64,000 nt of DNA from Desulfobacterales bacterium. Lineage in GTDB: Bacteria; Desulfobacterota; Desulfobacteria; Desulfobacterales; SURF-7. The translations under genes were made by a program, and so were the position numbers. The notes beneath the pieces were generated by a model, which was not told the origin of the DNA, did no database searches, and worked only from the letters and a program-made list of their open reading frames with translations. This document shows positions 26,777-35,553 of the stretch, piece after piece. Within the stretch, counting starts at the first letter, position 1. Each line of letters begins with the position of its first letter. Location of the stretch: NCBI GenBank assembly GCA_018693105.1, contig JABHLN010000002.1:5172-69171 (forward strand), given 5' to 3'.

Positions 26777-28654
26777 TCTTATTATAGTAAAAAATACGAT
26801 ATTATAGTAGTCGGGGCTGGGCATGCCGGCTGTGAAGCTGCACTTTCTGCGGCAAGAATGGGCTGCAGTGTACTACTAATGGCAATAGACCTTGACAAGG
26901 TTGCATCAATGCCGTGCAGTCCTTCTATAGGAGGTATGGCAAAAGGGCAGCTTGTAAAAGAGATTGATGCCCTTGGAGGTGAAATGGCAAAAGTCACCGA
27001 CAAGACATCTATTCAATACAGGACCCTGAATACAAAGAAAGGGCCGGCCGTTCAGTCAACAAGAACCCAGAATGATAAAAACCGGTACCACATTACAATG
27101 AAGGCGGTGATTGAAAAGCAGCCGAATCTGGATCTGAAGCAGGGGCTTGTTGAGCGGCTGATAGTCGAAGGAAATAATATTGAAGGTATTATTGACCAAA
27201 CCGGTTTTGTTTATAATGCCGGTGCGGTTATCCTTGCAACCGGTACTTTCCTGAGCGGGCTTGTCCATATCGGTTTTAATTCATATAAAGCCGGTAGAGC
27301 CGGTGAGTTTGCATCATATGGGCTTCCGGTTCACTTAAAGGAACTCGGTTTCAATCTCGGAAGAATGAAAACAGGTACACCTCCCAGAATTAATAAGCAC
27401 AGTATTGATTTTACAAGATTCACACGCCAGGACGTCGATGAGGCTCCAGTCCCGTTTTCATTCTCAACCCATAACTTAGAAATAACCCAGACCAGCTGTT
27501 ACATCGGTCATACAAATAAAAAAAGTATACAGATCGTCCAGGATAACCTGAAAAATTCTGCTATATACAGTGGTATCATTAAAGGCGTTTCGGCAAGGTA
27601 TTGCCCCTCTTTTGAAGATAAGGTTGTTAGATTCCCGGAAAGGGACAATCATCAGGTTATACTCCAGCCCGAAGGACTAGATACTGATGAAATATATGCA
27701 AGCGGACTAGGGAACAGTCTTCCCATGGAAATACAGCTGGAGTTTGTAAGATCAGTTGAAGGGCTCGAACATGCTGAAATCATGCGGCCTGCCTATGCAA
27801 TTGAATATGACTATGTTAACCCTATACAATTATTGCCAACTTTAGAAACTAAATTAATTTCAGGACTTTACATGGCTGGCCAGATTAACGGCACTTCAGG
27901 TTATGAAGAGGCGGCTGCGCAGGGACTCTATGCAGGCATAAATGCAGCATGCAGGATACAGAAAAAAGAACCATTTATTATAGACCGTTCACAGGCATAC
28001 ATGGGAGTTCTCATAGATGATCTTGTTACAAGGGGGACAAAAGAACCTTACCGTATGTTTACTTCAAGGGCTGAGTACCGGCTCATGCTCAGAGAGGATA
28101 ACGCGGACCTCAGGCTCGCTGAGGCAGGCCACAAAATTGGCCTTGTTGATAAAGAAACATTATTTGATGTAAATGAACGTAAAAAGCAGATCTCAGAAGA
28201 GATTGATAGGGTTAGATCCTGTGTCATCAAGCCCTCAAAAGATGTAAATGAATATCTGGAAAACAAAGGCTCACCACCTATAACCAACGGAATACATCTT
28301 GATCAACTTTTAAAAAGATCATGGATTGATTATAATGCGGTAAAAACTCTCGCAAAAAGTCCGGTCAATATCAGCAAAAACGTTGCCCAGCAGGTAGAAA
28401 TCGAAATAAAATATGAGGGATATATAAAAAGGCAATTAAGGGAAATTGAAAAATTCAAGGACCTGGAAAAAATTAAAATCCCTGTCGGTTACGATTATTC
28501 AGCTGTTCATGGACTTTCAAATGAACTTAAGGAAAAGCTCTCAAAAATAAAACCGATATCCCTCGGGCAGGCTTCAAGGATTGAGGGCATTACACCTGCT
28601 GCAATTTCAGTTCTCATGATTAATATGAAAGCATCTGAAAATAACAAACCATAG
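26774..28654 (+). CDS. mnmG: tRNA uridine 5-carboxymethylaminomethyl modification enzyme MnmG (GidA)
   Basis: [23 protein letters not shown]… and overall length are typical of MnmG. The start could instead be the GTG at 26762 given in the ORF track. Confidence 0.9.
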   Translation: MSYYSKKYDIIVVGAGHAGCEAALSAARMGCSVLLMAIDLDKVASMPCSPSIGGMAKGQLVKEIDALGGEMAKVTDKTSIQYRTLNTKKGPAVQSTRTQNDKNRYHITMKAVIEKQPNLDLKQGLVERLIVEGNNIEGIIDQTGFVYNAGAVILATGTFLSGLVHIGFNSYKAGRAGEFASYGLPVHLKELGFNLGRMKTGTPPRINKHSIDFTRFTRQDVDEAPVPFSFSTHNLEITQTSCYIGHTNKKSIQIVQDNLKNSAIYSGIIKGVSARYCPSFEDKVVRFPERDNHQVILQPEGLDTDEIYASGLGNSLPMEIQLEFVRSVEGLEHAEIMRPAYAIEYDYVNPIQLLPTLETKLISGLYMAGQINGTSGYEEAAAQGLYAGINAACRIQKKEPFIIDRSQAYMGVLIDDLVTRGTKEPYRMFTSRAEYRLMLREDNADLRLAEAGHKIGLVDKETLFDVNERKKQISEEIDRVRSCVIKPSKDVNEYLENKGSPPITNGIHLDQLLKRSWIDYNAVKTLAKSPVNISKNVAQQVEIEIKYEGYIKRQLREIEKFKDLEKIKIPVGYDYSAVHGLSNELKEKLSKIKPISLGQASRIEGITPAAISVLMINMKASENNKP

Positions 28655-28676
28655 CAAAATGCATAAGTGCAAAATC

Positions 28677-28769
28677 CGGTGGTATCGTAAAAAAGTCTCC
28701 ACCTACCGATAGACTTTGCATATGAAGATGTTCACTTAGTCGTCGATAATACTTTTTACGGGTTCATCA
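28677..28769 (-). repeat. MITE-like repeat, copy D (short form lacking the central hairpin, inverted orientation)
   Basis: The reverse complement reads TGATGAACCCGTAAAAAGTATTATCGACGACTAAGT...GGTAGGTGGAGACTTTTTTACGATACCACC. Confidence 0.75.
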
Positions 28770-29015
28770 AATTTAATAGTATGTTGATGATCTTGACACG
28801 AGATACATACACCTTATTTTATAACATCAAAGCGGATAATTTCATTTATAGTTATAAATAAAATTTCGTGCTTTTTGTGATAAAAAAAATTATATTTGGT
28901 CATTGATTGCAATTTTACAAGATCATGAATTATGATTTATTTTGTAATTATTTATATATAAATAATATTTTTCAATAAGAAAAATTTACCGGTATATCTG
29001 GGTTAGGAAATAAAT

Positions 29016-29930
29016 ATGTCCGAGAAAGATTATTATAAAATACTTGGAGTCAGCAAAAACGCTTCAGAAGAAGAAATTAAAAAAGTATATAGAAAACTTG
29101 CCATGAAGTATCATCCCGATAAGACCAAAGGTGATAAAAATTCAGAGGATAAATTTAAAAAAATAAGCGAAGCTTACGCTGTTTTAAGTGATAAGGAAAA
29201 AAGGAAACAGTATGACACTTTTGGTTCAGACGGCTTTCAACAGCGTTATTCTCAAGAGGATATTTTCCGTGGATTTGATATGGGGAGTATACTAAGAGAG
29301 TTCGGGTTCGGGGGAGGAGGTTTTTCATCAGGGGGACAAGGCGGAATGAGGTTTTCATTTGGAAATGATAACTCCGGACATGGCCCCAACCGGCAAAGGG
29401 CTCAGATGAAAGGATCAGACGTAGTATATGAACTTCCTCTTTCAATAAAAGATATTGCAACGGGAACAAATAAAACTGTTTCCATTCAGCACACAGGAGT
29501 AGCCGAAACATTAACAGTAAAAATACCAAAGGGTCTGATTGCAGGTAAAAAAATTCGACTCACCGGGAAGGGTGAACCCAACCGTTTTGGAGGTCCTCCG
29601 GGTGATCTATACATCAAATCCAAGGTCTTAAAAGACCCTGTTTTTTGTGCTGAAAACTACGACCTGCATATTACTACATTTATAAAAATAAGTGAGGCTA
29701 TACTTGGTGCAACAAAAACAATACCAACAATTGATGAAAAAGAACTCAGCCTTAAAATTCCTCCGGGTACAAACCATAAAACAAAAATGCGTCTTACAGG
29801 ACATGGTTTGCCTTATATGAAAAAAGATAAAAAAGGTGACCTCTTTGTCAATATTAATATAGATATCCCACAAAAACTTTCAGATGAACAGAAAAAACTA
29901 ATTCAGCAATTAGCAGAAACAGGCATGTAA
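29016..29930 (+). CDS. cbpA: J-domain co-chaperone without zinc finger (CbpA-like curved-DNA-binding protein)
   Basis: 304 aa. J domain DYYKILGV...[12 protein letters not shown], a G/F region and DnaJ C-terminal domains. There are no CxxCxGxG repeats. Confidence 0.75.
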   Translation: MSEKDYYKILGVSKNASEEEIKKVYRKLAMKYHPDKTKGDKNSEDKFKKISEAYAVLSDKEKRKQYDTFGSDGFQQRYSQEDIFRGFDMGSILREFGFGGGGFSSGGQGGMRFSFGNDNSGHGPNRQRAQMKGSDVVYELPLSIKDIATGTNKTVSIQHTGVAETLTVKIPKGLIAGKKIRLTGKGEPNRFGGPPGDLYIKSKVLKDPVFCAENYDLHITTFIKISEAILGATKTIPTIDEKELSLKIPPGTNHKTKMRLTGHGLPYMKKDKKGDLFVNINIDIPQKLSDEQKKLIQQLAETGM

Positions 29931-30071
29931 TATATCAAATATATTGACATGTTGCATTATTCAATGTACTGAAAAATAGAATAACACATAATATGAGACC
30001 TTTATAAAATGTGAATATTTCAATCCTATAAATACAATAAGTATTTACAAGGTTTACCCGTCTGTGGGTGG

Positions 30072-30093
30072 TTTATCCACCCCGGGTGGATAA
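30072..30093. repeat. perfect 22-bp palindrome centred on CCCGGG
   Basis: TTTATCCACCC|GGGTGGATAAA, located between cbpA and hpt. Confidence 0.8.
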
Positions 30094-30210
30094 AAATTTC
30101 AGCCCGGTAGGGGGCGTTTGAAATAAAACAGCGTTATTTACTGAGGTATCAAATATACACTTCAATGTCTTTAATGATGAATCTGCGTGCTATGCTGGAT
30201 TTTACTTATT

Positions 30211-30729
30211 ATGCAAGAATTGGTGCCCGTACTTACAGAAGAAGAAATTGAAAGAACTATTATAAGAATAGCTCAAAGCATTTCATTGGATTACAAAGAT
30301 CGTGATCTGATTCTTATTGGTGTTTTAAAAGGTTCATTTATTTTCCTTTCTGATCTGGTACGGAAGCTTTCAATACCGGTAAAAATTGACTTTATCCAAG
30401 TTTCAAGTTACGGTTATGGTACTTCACCATCCGAAAGCATCGAATTAAAAAACGATGTTGGAATCGAAATTAAAGGCAAAGACATAATAGTAATTGAAGA
30501 TATAGTAGATACCGGTTTTACTCTGGAATATGTTATCAATCATTTAAATAATTCTGAACCTGCCTCTATAAAAGTATGCACCTTGATTGATAAATTAGAG
30601 CGCAGGGAAACAGACATTAAAATTGATTATTCAGGCCATATCACAAAAGAGGGCTTTCTTGTTGGTTATGGCCTTGATTATGCAGAAAATTTTAGGAACT
30701 TGCCAGGAATTTTTCATCTGAAATTATAA
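30211..30729 (+). CDS. hpt: hypoxanthine phosphoribosyltransferase
   Basis: PRPP motif IVIEDIVDTGFTL and LIGVLKGSFIFLSDL. The start is taken at ATG 30211 (MQELVPVLTEEEI); GTG 30187 is also possible. Confidence 0.85.
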   Translation: MQELVPVLTEEEIERTIIRIAQSISLDYKDRDLILIGVLKGSFIFLSDLVRKLSIPVKIDFIQVSSYGYGTSPSESIELKNDVGIEIKGKDIIVIEDIVDTGFTLEYVINHLNNSEPASIKVCTLIDKLERRETDIKIDYSGHITKEGFLVGYGLDYAENFRNLPGIFHLKL

Positions 30730-30745
30730 CCAGTGAGGACAAGTC

Positions 30746-33040
30746 ATGATTATTACCTGTGAGGAGTGCAGTTCAAGTTTTAACTTAGATGAGAGTCTTT
30801 TAAAACCCACAGGCTCAAAAGTACGATGCTCCATATGTAAATTTATTTTTACAGCATATCCTGAAGAACCTGACGATGTTGGCCTTGGGCTTGATCTGAG
30901 TAAGGATGATGAGGATGTAGAAGCTCCTGATGAGCTATCAACAGACTCTACAGAAATCACCGAAGAAATCAGTGAGCCTGATATTACCGGAGATGCCCCA
31001 AAAGAAGAAGCAACAAGTACATCAGATCTTGAAGATATGTTGTTCTCGGATGTCGAAGAGGGAGAATCTAAACCGGAAGAAGAGATGGACCTGGCTGATC
31101 TTGAAGAAGATATTGACCTTGGTGACCTTGGAGAAGACCTTGATGATGAAATAGGGATAGCCCAAGTCGATGAAGAGTCCGAACCGGAAGAAGAAATGGA
31201 CCTGGGCGATCTTGAAGAAGATATTGACCTTGGTGACCTTGGAGAAGACCTTGATGATGAAATAGGAATTGCCCAAGTCGATGAAGAGTCCGAACCGGAA
31301 GAAGAAATGGACCTGGGTGATCTTGAAGAAGATATTGATCTTGGTGACCTTGGAGAAGACCTTGATGATGAAATAGGAATTGCCGAAGTCGATGAAGAGT
31401 CCGAACCGGAAGAAGAAATGGACCTGGGCGATCTTGAAGAAGATATTGATCTTGGTGACCTTGAAGAAGACCTTGATGATGAAATAGGGATAGCCCAAGT
31501 CGATGAAGAGTCCGAACCGGAAGAAGAAATGGACCTGGGTGATCTTGAAGAAGATATTGACCTTGGAGAAGACCTTGATGATGAAATAGGAATTGCCCAA
31601 GTCGATGAAGAGTCCGAACCGGAAGAAGAAATGGACCTGGGTGAGCTAGAAGATATTGACCTTGGTGATCTTGAAGAAGACCTTGACCTGGGTGATCTTG
31701 AAGAAGATGAAGGCTCCGAGCCGGAAGAAGAGATAGACCTCGGTGATCTTGAATCAGATGATATCCAACTTGACCTTGAAGAAGGTGAGACTGAAGACAT
31801 GGACCTTGATTTAGATATGGACCTTGACTTAGACATGGATTCTGATGAAGCACCGGAAACTGATGAGCCGCAGCTTGATCTTGAAGATGATGAATCCGAC
31901 GACCTGGATTTAGATATGGATCTGGATTTAGATATGGATTCTGATGAAGAACCTGAATCAAAAGAAGAAGCCCCCGAAACTGATGAGCTGCAGCCTGATC
32001 TTGAAGATGATGAATCTGACGACCTGGATCTGGACCTGGATTTAGATATGGATTCTGATGAAGACCAGGAAGTAGAAATTAAGGAAGAACTCATTGATGT
32101 GTCGGCCCTTGAGGAAACCCTTGAATGGGATGACGCACCCTCTGATGAAGAAGATCCTGAAGAATTAGACCTTGAGCTTGATTTAGATGATTCTTTTGAA
32201 GACGATGCTGTGGAACTGGAAATTGAAGAAGAAGATGATTTTGCTGATATAGAAGACATGCTCGACATTGAAGAGGAAGAAGATGATGATGTTGTTGACG
32301 ATTCAATATTATCAACCCTTGAAACAGACCCCCCATTCAAAACAGAAGAGTCGGAACCTCCTGATACTGATGAAAGCGGGGATGATGATTATGAGGATAC
32401 AATCGTAATTGATGATGACGATGATGACATGGATGTAGAAGCAGAAATTGAAAGACTCAGGAACAGAGGAAAATCGGGAAAGGGCGGTAAGTTTATACTT
32501 GTATTCCTGTTGCTGCTTCTCCTGCTTGGCATAACCTTTATTGGTATTATAGTTCTTGACAGCAAAGGGGTAGATATTCCTTATATAAGCCCGTATGTAA
32601 GTGAAATAAACATCCCTTACCTAAGTGAGTTTTTAAACACAGACCCTGACGGGACATTAAAAATTCAGCCTTTACAGAATACTATCACTAATGACGAAAT
32701 ATCAAATTCAAAAGCAGGTAACCTTTTTATTATCAAAGGGAAAGTAAAGAACGGTTATAACCACCCCCGCAGCTTTATCAAAATAAAAGGAAACCTTAAA
32801 TCCCAGGGGAATATATTAGTTTCTTCGACTGTCTTTTGCGGTAACATCCTATCGGATATTGAACTGAGCAGCTGGAACCTTGAAAGTATCAATAAGCGAT
32901 TGTTGCACCCTGAAGGTGACAACAATACTAATACAAACATTCAACCTGGTGCTGATATACCTTTTGTTATAATATTTTCAAATAAACCGGATACAGTTGA
33001 TGAATACGCAGTTGAGATTATCAGCTCATCCAAAAAATAA
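30746..33040 (+). CDS. MJ0042-type zinc-ribbon protein with long acidic repeat region, one TM helix and DUF3426-like C-terminal domain
   Basis: 764 aa. N-terminal MIITCEECSSSFNLD...KVRCSICKFIF (double CxxC), about 500 aa of D/E-rich repeats, TM FILVFLLLLLLLGITFIGIIVL, then a beta-rich C-terminal domain. Confidence 0.7.
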   Translation: MIITCEECSSSFNLDESLLKPTGSKVRCSICKFIFTAYPEEPDDVGLGLDLSKDDEDVEAPDELSTDSTEITEEISEPDITGDAPKEEATSTSDLEDMLFSDVEEGESKPEEEMDLADLEEDIDLGDLGEDLDDEIGIAQVDEESEPEEEMDLGDLEEDIDLGDLGEDLDDEIGIAQVDEESEPEEEMDLGDLEEDIDLGDLGEDLDDEIGIAEVDEESEPEEEMDLGDLEEDIDLGDLEEDLDDEIGIAQVDEESEPEEEMDLGDLEEDIDLGEDLDDEIGIAQVDEESEPEEEMDLGELEDIDLGDLEEDLDLGDLEEDEGSEPEEEIDLGDLESDDIQLDLEEGETEDMDLDLDMDLDLDMDSDEAPETDEPQLDLEDDESDDLDLDMDLDLDMDSDEEPESKEEAPETDELQPDLEDDESDDLDLDLDLDMDSDEDQEVEIKEELIDVSALEETLEWDDAPSDEEDPEELDLELDLDDSFEDDAVELEIEEEDDFADIEDMLDIEEEEDDDVVDDSILSTLETDPPFKTEESEPPDTDESGDDDYEDTIVIDDDDDDMDVEAEIERLRNRGKSGKGGKFILVFLLLLLLLGITFIGIIVLDSKGVDIPYISPYVSEINIPYLSEFLNTDPDGTLKIQPLQNTITNDEISNSKAGNLFIIKGKVKNGYNHPRSFIKIKGNLKSQGNILVSSTVFCGNILSDIELSSWNLESINKRLLHPEGDNNTNTNIQPGADIPFVIIFSNKPDTVDEYAVEIISSSKK
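31064..31700 (+). repeat. in-frame tandem repeat, about 5.5 units of 111 bp (one 102-bp unit)
   Basis: The unit encodes EESEPEEEMDLGDLEEDIDLGDLGEDLDDEIGIAQVD. The GAG of successive units falls at 31175, 31286, 31397, 31508 and 31610. A second D/L/M-rich repeat block follows at about 31795-32070. Confidence 0.9.
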
Positions 33041-33280
33041 AAAATTCGACTTGACTTGGAAATAATGAGTTGTTAGAAAGCCGTTTGTCGCCTTTTTTGA
33101 CTCAAAGAGACTTTTGGTTCAAGTTTAAAAAAGACGAAAGTTTTAACCTGGATAAAACATTGAGTATTTCGGTGACTTTTCCGTTTCTGGAGGGATTACT
33201 CGATCAAGCAGGGTTAAAATTTGAGCCTGGCAAAGGTCTAAAAAAAACAAGCTGCTGTTTTTTTACGGCAATTAAATCAA

Positions 33281-33357
33281 GGCGATGTAGCTCAGTAGGT
33301 TAGAGCATGCGGCTCATATCCGCAGTGTCCGGGGTTCAAATCCCTGCATCGCCACCA
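33281..33357 (+). tRNA. tRNA with CAT anticodon (elongator Met or lysidine-modified Ile2; not initiator)
   Basis: Cloverleaf: GGCGATG/CATCGCC acceptor, anticodon arm TGCGG-CTCATAT-CCGCA, T arm CGGGG-TTCAAAT-CCCTG, CCA. The 1:72 pair is G:C and there is no GGG/CCC anticodon stem, so it is not tRNA-fMet. Confidence 0.85.
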
Positions 33358-33370
33358 TATTTTATATAAA

Positions 33371-33410
33371 ACAAAGAAGCTCCTCCTGAATGAGGGGCTT
33401 CTTTGTTTTT
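33371..33410 (+). terminator. rho-independent terminator after tRNA-CAT
   Basis: 15-bp stem ACAAAGAAGCTCCTC/GAGGGGCTTCTTTGT (one G-U pair) followed by TTTTT. Confidence 0.75.
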
Positions 33411-33700
33411 GTCTTAAGATTTTATTATATCTTGAAAAGGTATTGCAAATTATATAATACTTTTCAATTATAATAGAGTTTTTAAAAATCGCCCTGATTT
33501 CAACAGGATTCAAGCTGAAACCCTGCCGGTAACCCGGCAAAGGGAATTGGGGAAAAAGTCTGGTTAACAGGTTTTATGAGCCCGTGTTAAAATGAGGGTT
33601 GTGTTCATTCAATAATAAACTAACAGCCAAACACAAAAGATATCAATTAAGATGTACTAAAACCGGGTCAGATGTACTAAAACCGAGGAGAAAAAGACCG

Positions 33701-34069
33701 ATGGTTCCGGGATTTGAAAGATTGATTGAAAGCCGTATCCGTGAAGCACAAAGAAAAGGTGAGTTTGACAACCTGCACGGCGCGGGGGAACCTCTGGACA
33801 TTGAAGATCTCGGCAGAGTCCCTGAAGATCTGCGGTTATCTTATAAAATGCTGAAAAACGCCGGTTATGCTCCACCTGAAATCCAGCTCAAAAAAGATAT
33901 AAAAAAAACGGAAGATCTTTTGGGATTTCTAACAGACGAGTCTGAAAAATATCGTGCAATAAAAAAGCTGAATTTTCTTATCATGAAGCTGAACATATCA
34001 AGAGGCTCATCTGTAGACTATGAAATGAGCCAGTTGTATTATGAAAGGCTGGTTGAAAATTCAGAATAA
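33701..34069 (+). CDS. DUF1992 (DnaJC28-like) domain protein
   Basis: Start trimmed to ATG 33701, with GAGGAG upstream. ERLIESRIREAQRKGEFDNLHGAGEPL...YKMLKNAGYAPPE matches the DUF1992 pattern. Confidence 0.7.
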   Translation: MVPGFERLIESRIREAQRKGEFDNLHGAGEPLDIEDLGRVPEDLRLSYKMLKNAGYAPPEIQLKKDIKKTEDLLGFLTDESEKYRAIKKLNFLIMKLNISRGSSVDYEMSQLYYERLVENSE

Positions 34070-34099
34070 CAAATAATATTTAAGGGCATTACGTTCAAA

Positions 34100-34573
34100 A
34101 TGAAGGCAAAAGAAGTCAAAAATAAAACGGAAATAACTAAAAGCTTATTTATTGCTTTTTCCATACTGATCCTCCATATTCTCCTGCTTGGGGCAATGGG
34201 GCTTATGGTAATTTTTTTTCAGGGTGTATCAAGATATCTGCCGTGGATCTTTCTTACAGGCTCTGCGGTAATCATCGCAGGAGGGTATTTATTAATAAAG
34301 CGATTAAAAAGAGAAAGGGCATCTCTTAAAGATATTCTGAATATGCCAGATTTTAAAAGCAGATCTATTGAAGTAAGCCTTCTTGGCGGTTTTGCATCAT
34401 TGAAGATCGGGAAACCTCATAACATGCCGGTAATAGAAAATCATAATTCCGGACAGAATGTAAGGCAGCTTGAAGACCTTTCCGACTCAAAAATTATGGA
34501 ACTTGTAGAACTGGCCTCCATGCTGAAAAATGGAATGATAACAGAAGAAAAATATAAAGAACTCAAACCCTGA
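34100..34573 (+). CDS. membrane protein with C-terminal SHOCT-like motif
   Basis: 157 aa with two TM helices. The C-terminus LASMLKNGMITEEKYKELK resembles the SHOCT short C-terminal domain. Confidence 0.45.
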   Translation: MKAKEVKNKTEITKSLFIAFSILILHILLLGAMGLMVIFFQGVSRYLPWIFLTGSAVIIAGGYLLIKRLKRERASLKDILNMPDFKSRSIEVSLLGGFASLKIGKPHNMPVIENHNSGQNVRQLEDLSDSKIMELVELASMLKNGMITEEKYKELKP

Positions 34574-34611
34574 TTCTGTAATTCAAAGTAATATTTCTAA
34601 GGCAAAAAAAC

Positions 34612-35538
34612 ATGCGAAAACTTACCGTAGCGCTTCTTTCCGGAGGAAAATCTTCAGAGCGGGACATTTCAATAAATGGTGGCGAGCAGGTTTTTAAAGC
34701 TCTGGATAAACAAAAATACGACGTAATCCGTTATGACCCGAAATTTGATTTAAAGCGCCTCATTGAAGATGCTTCTATAATAGATGTAGCTCTTATAATA
34801 ATGCATGGTTTATATGGAGAGGATGGAACAATCCAGGGACTTTTAGACCTTTTGAATATACCTTATCAAGGCTCCGGTGTGCTTGGAAGTGCTGTTGCAA
34901 TGAATAAACTTGCATCAAAACATCTTTATGAGAAAGCAGATCTTTCTATCCCTCCATATATCAAAGTAACAAGAGATGAGTCTGTCAGTTCCGATAAATT
35001 TATTGAAAGTCTTGGACTTCCTTTTGTTATCAAACCTGTCAAGAGCGGCTCAAGTATCGGAATGTCGATTGTAAAGTCTAAAGAGGAAATAAAAAAAGCC
35101 TTAGATGATGCTTTTGTCCATGACAACACAGTTTTGGCAGAAAAATATATAAAAGGGATTGAACTTACATGCGGAGTAATAGGCAACCACAGTATTGACG
35201 CTTTGCCTGTTGTAGAGATCATCCCTGATGATGAATACGAATTTTTTGACTTTACTGCAAAATATACTAAAGGTGCGACAAGTGAAATATGCCCGGCCCG
35301 TATTGACGATACCATGACAGAAAAGGTACAGTCGTACGCAAAAAAAGCTCACACGGCTCTCTACTGCAAAGGATACAGCCGTACAGATATGATTCTGGAT
35401 AATAAAGAATTATATATTCTCGAAACTAATACAATCCCGGGTATGACACCCACAAGTCTTATGCCTCTTGAGGCAGAAACAGCCGGGATGTCTTACAGTC
35501 AGTTTCTTGACAAACTAATTGAACTGAGTATTGGATAG
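34612..35538 (+). CDS. ddl: D-alanine--D-alanine ligase
   Basis: 308 aa. LLSGGKSSEREISINGG, HGLYGEDGTIQGLL, ATP-grasp core, EINTIPGMT-like (LETNTIPGMTPTSL). Confidence 0.9.
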   Translation: MRKLTVALLSGGKSSERDISINGGEQVFKALDKQKYDVIRYDPKFDLKRLIEDASIIDVALIIMHGLYGEDGTIQGLLDLLNIPYQGSGVLGSAVAMNKLASKHLYEKADLSIPPYIKVTRDESVSSDKFIESLGLPFVIKPVKSGSSIGMSIVKSKEEIKKALDDAFVHDNTVLAEKYIKGIELTCGVIGNHSIDALPVVEIIPDDEYEFFDFTAKYTKGATSEICPARIDDTMTEKVQSYAKKAHTALYCKGYSRTDMILDNKELYILETNTIPGMTPTSLMPLEAETAGMSYSQFLDKLIELSIG

Positions 35539-35553
35539 TCACAGGAGGAAATT

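Noticed and set aside
31064-31700. Regular 111-bp periodic repeats that might suggest a CRISPR-like array
   Set aside because: The units are contiguous with no unique spacers. They are in frame inside a coding sequence, far longer than CRISPR repeats, and no cas genes are present.
30724-32340. 538-aa Ser-rich ORF on the minus strand, plus ORFs 31022..31600 and 31068..31961
   Set aside because: They are antisense or alternate-frame mirrors of the acidic GAA/GAT-rich tandem repeat in the + strand gene 30746..33040. That + strand gene has recognisable N- and C-terminal domains. The mirror ORFs have low-complexity composition only.
33292-33540. ORFs overlapping tRNA genes (33292..33540, 40637..40870, 40667..40930, 47702..47947, 33070..33303)
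   Set aside because: They overlap hand-folded tRNAs or their promoter and terminator regions, and are short with no coding signal.
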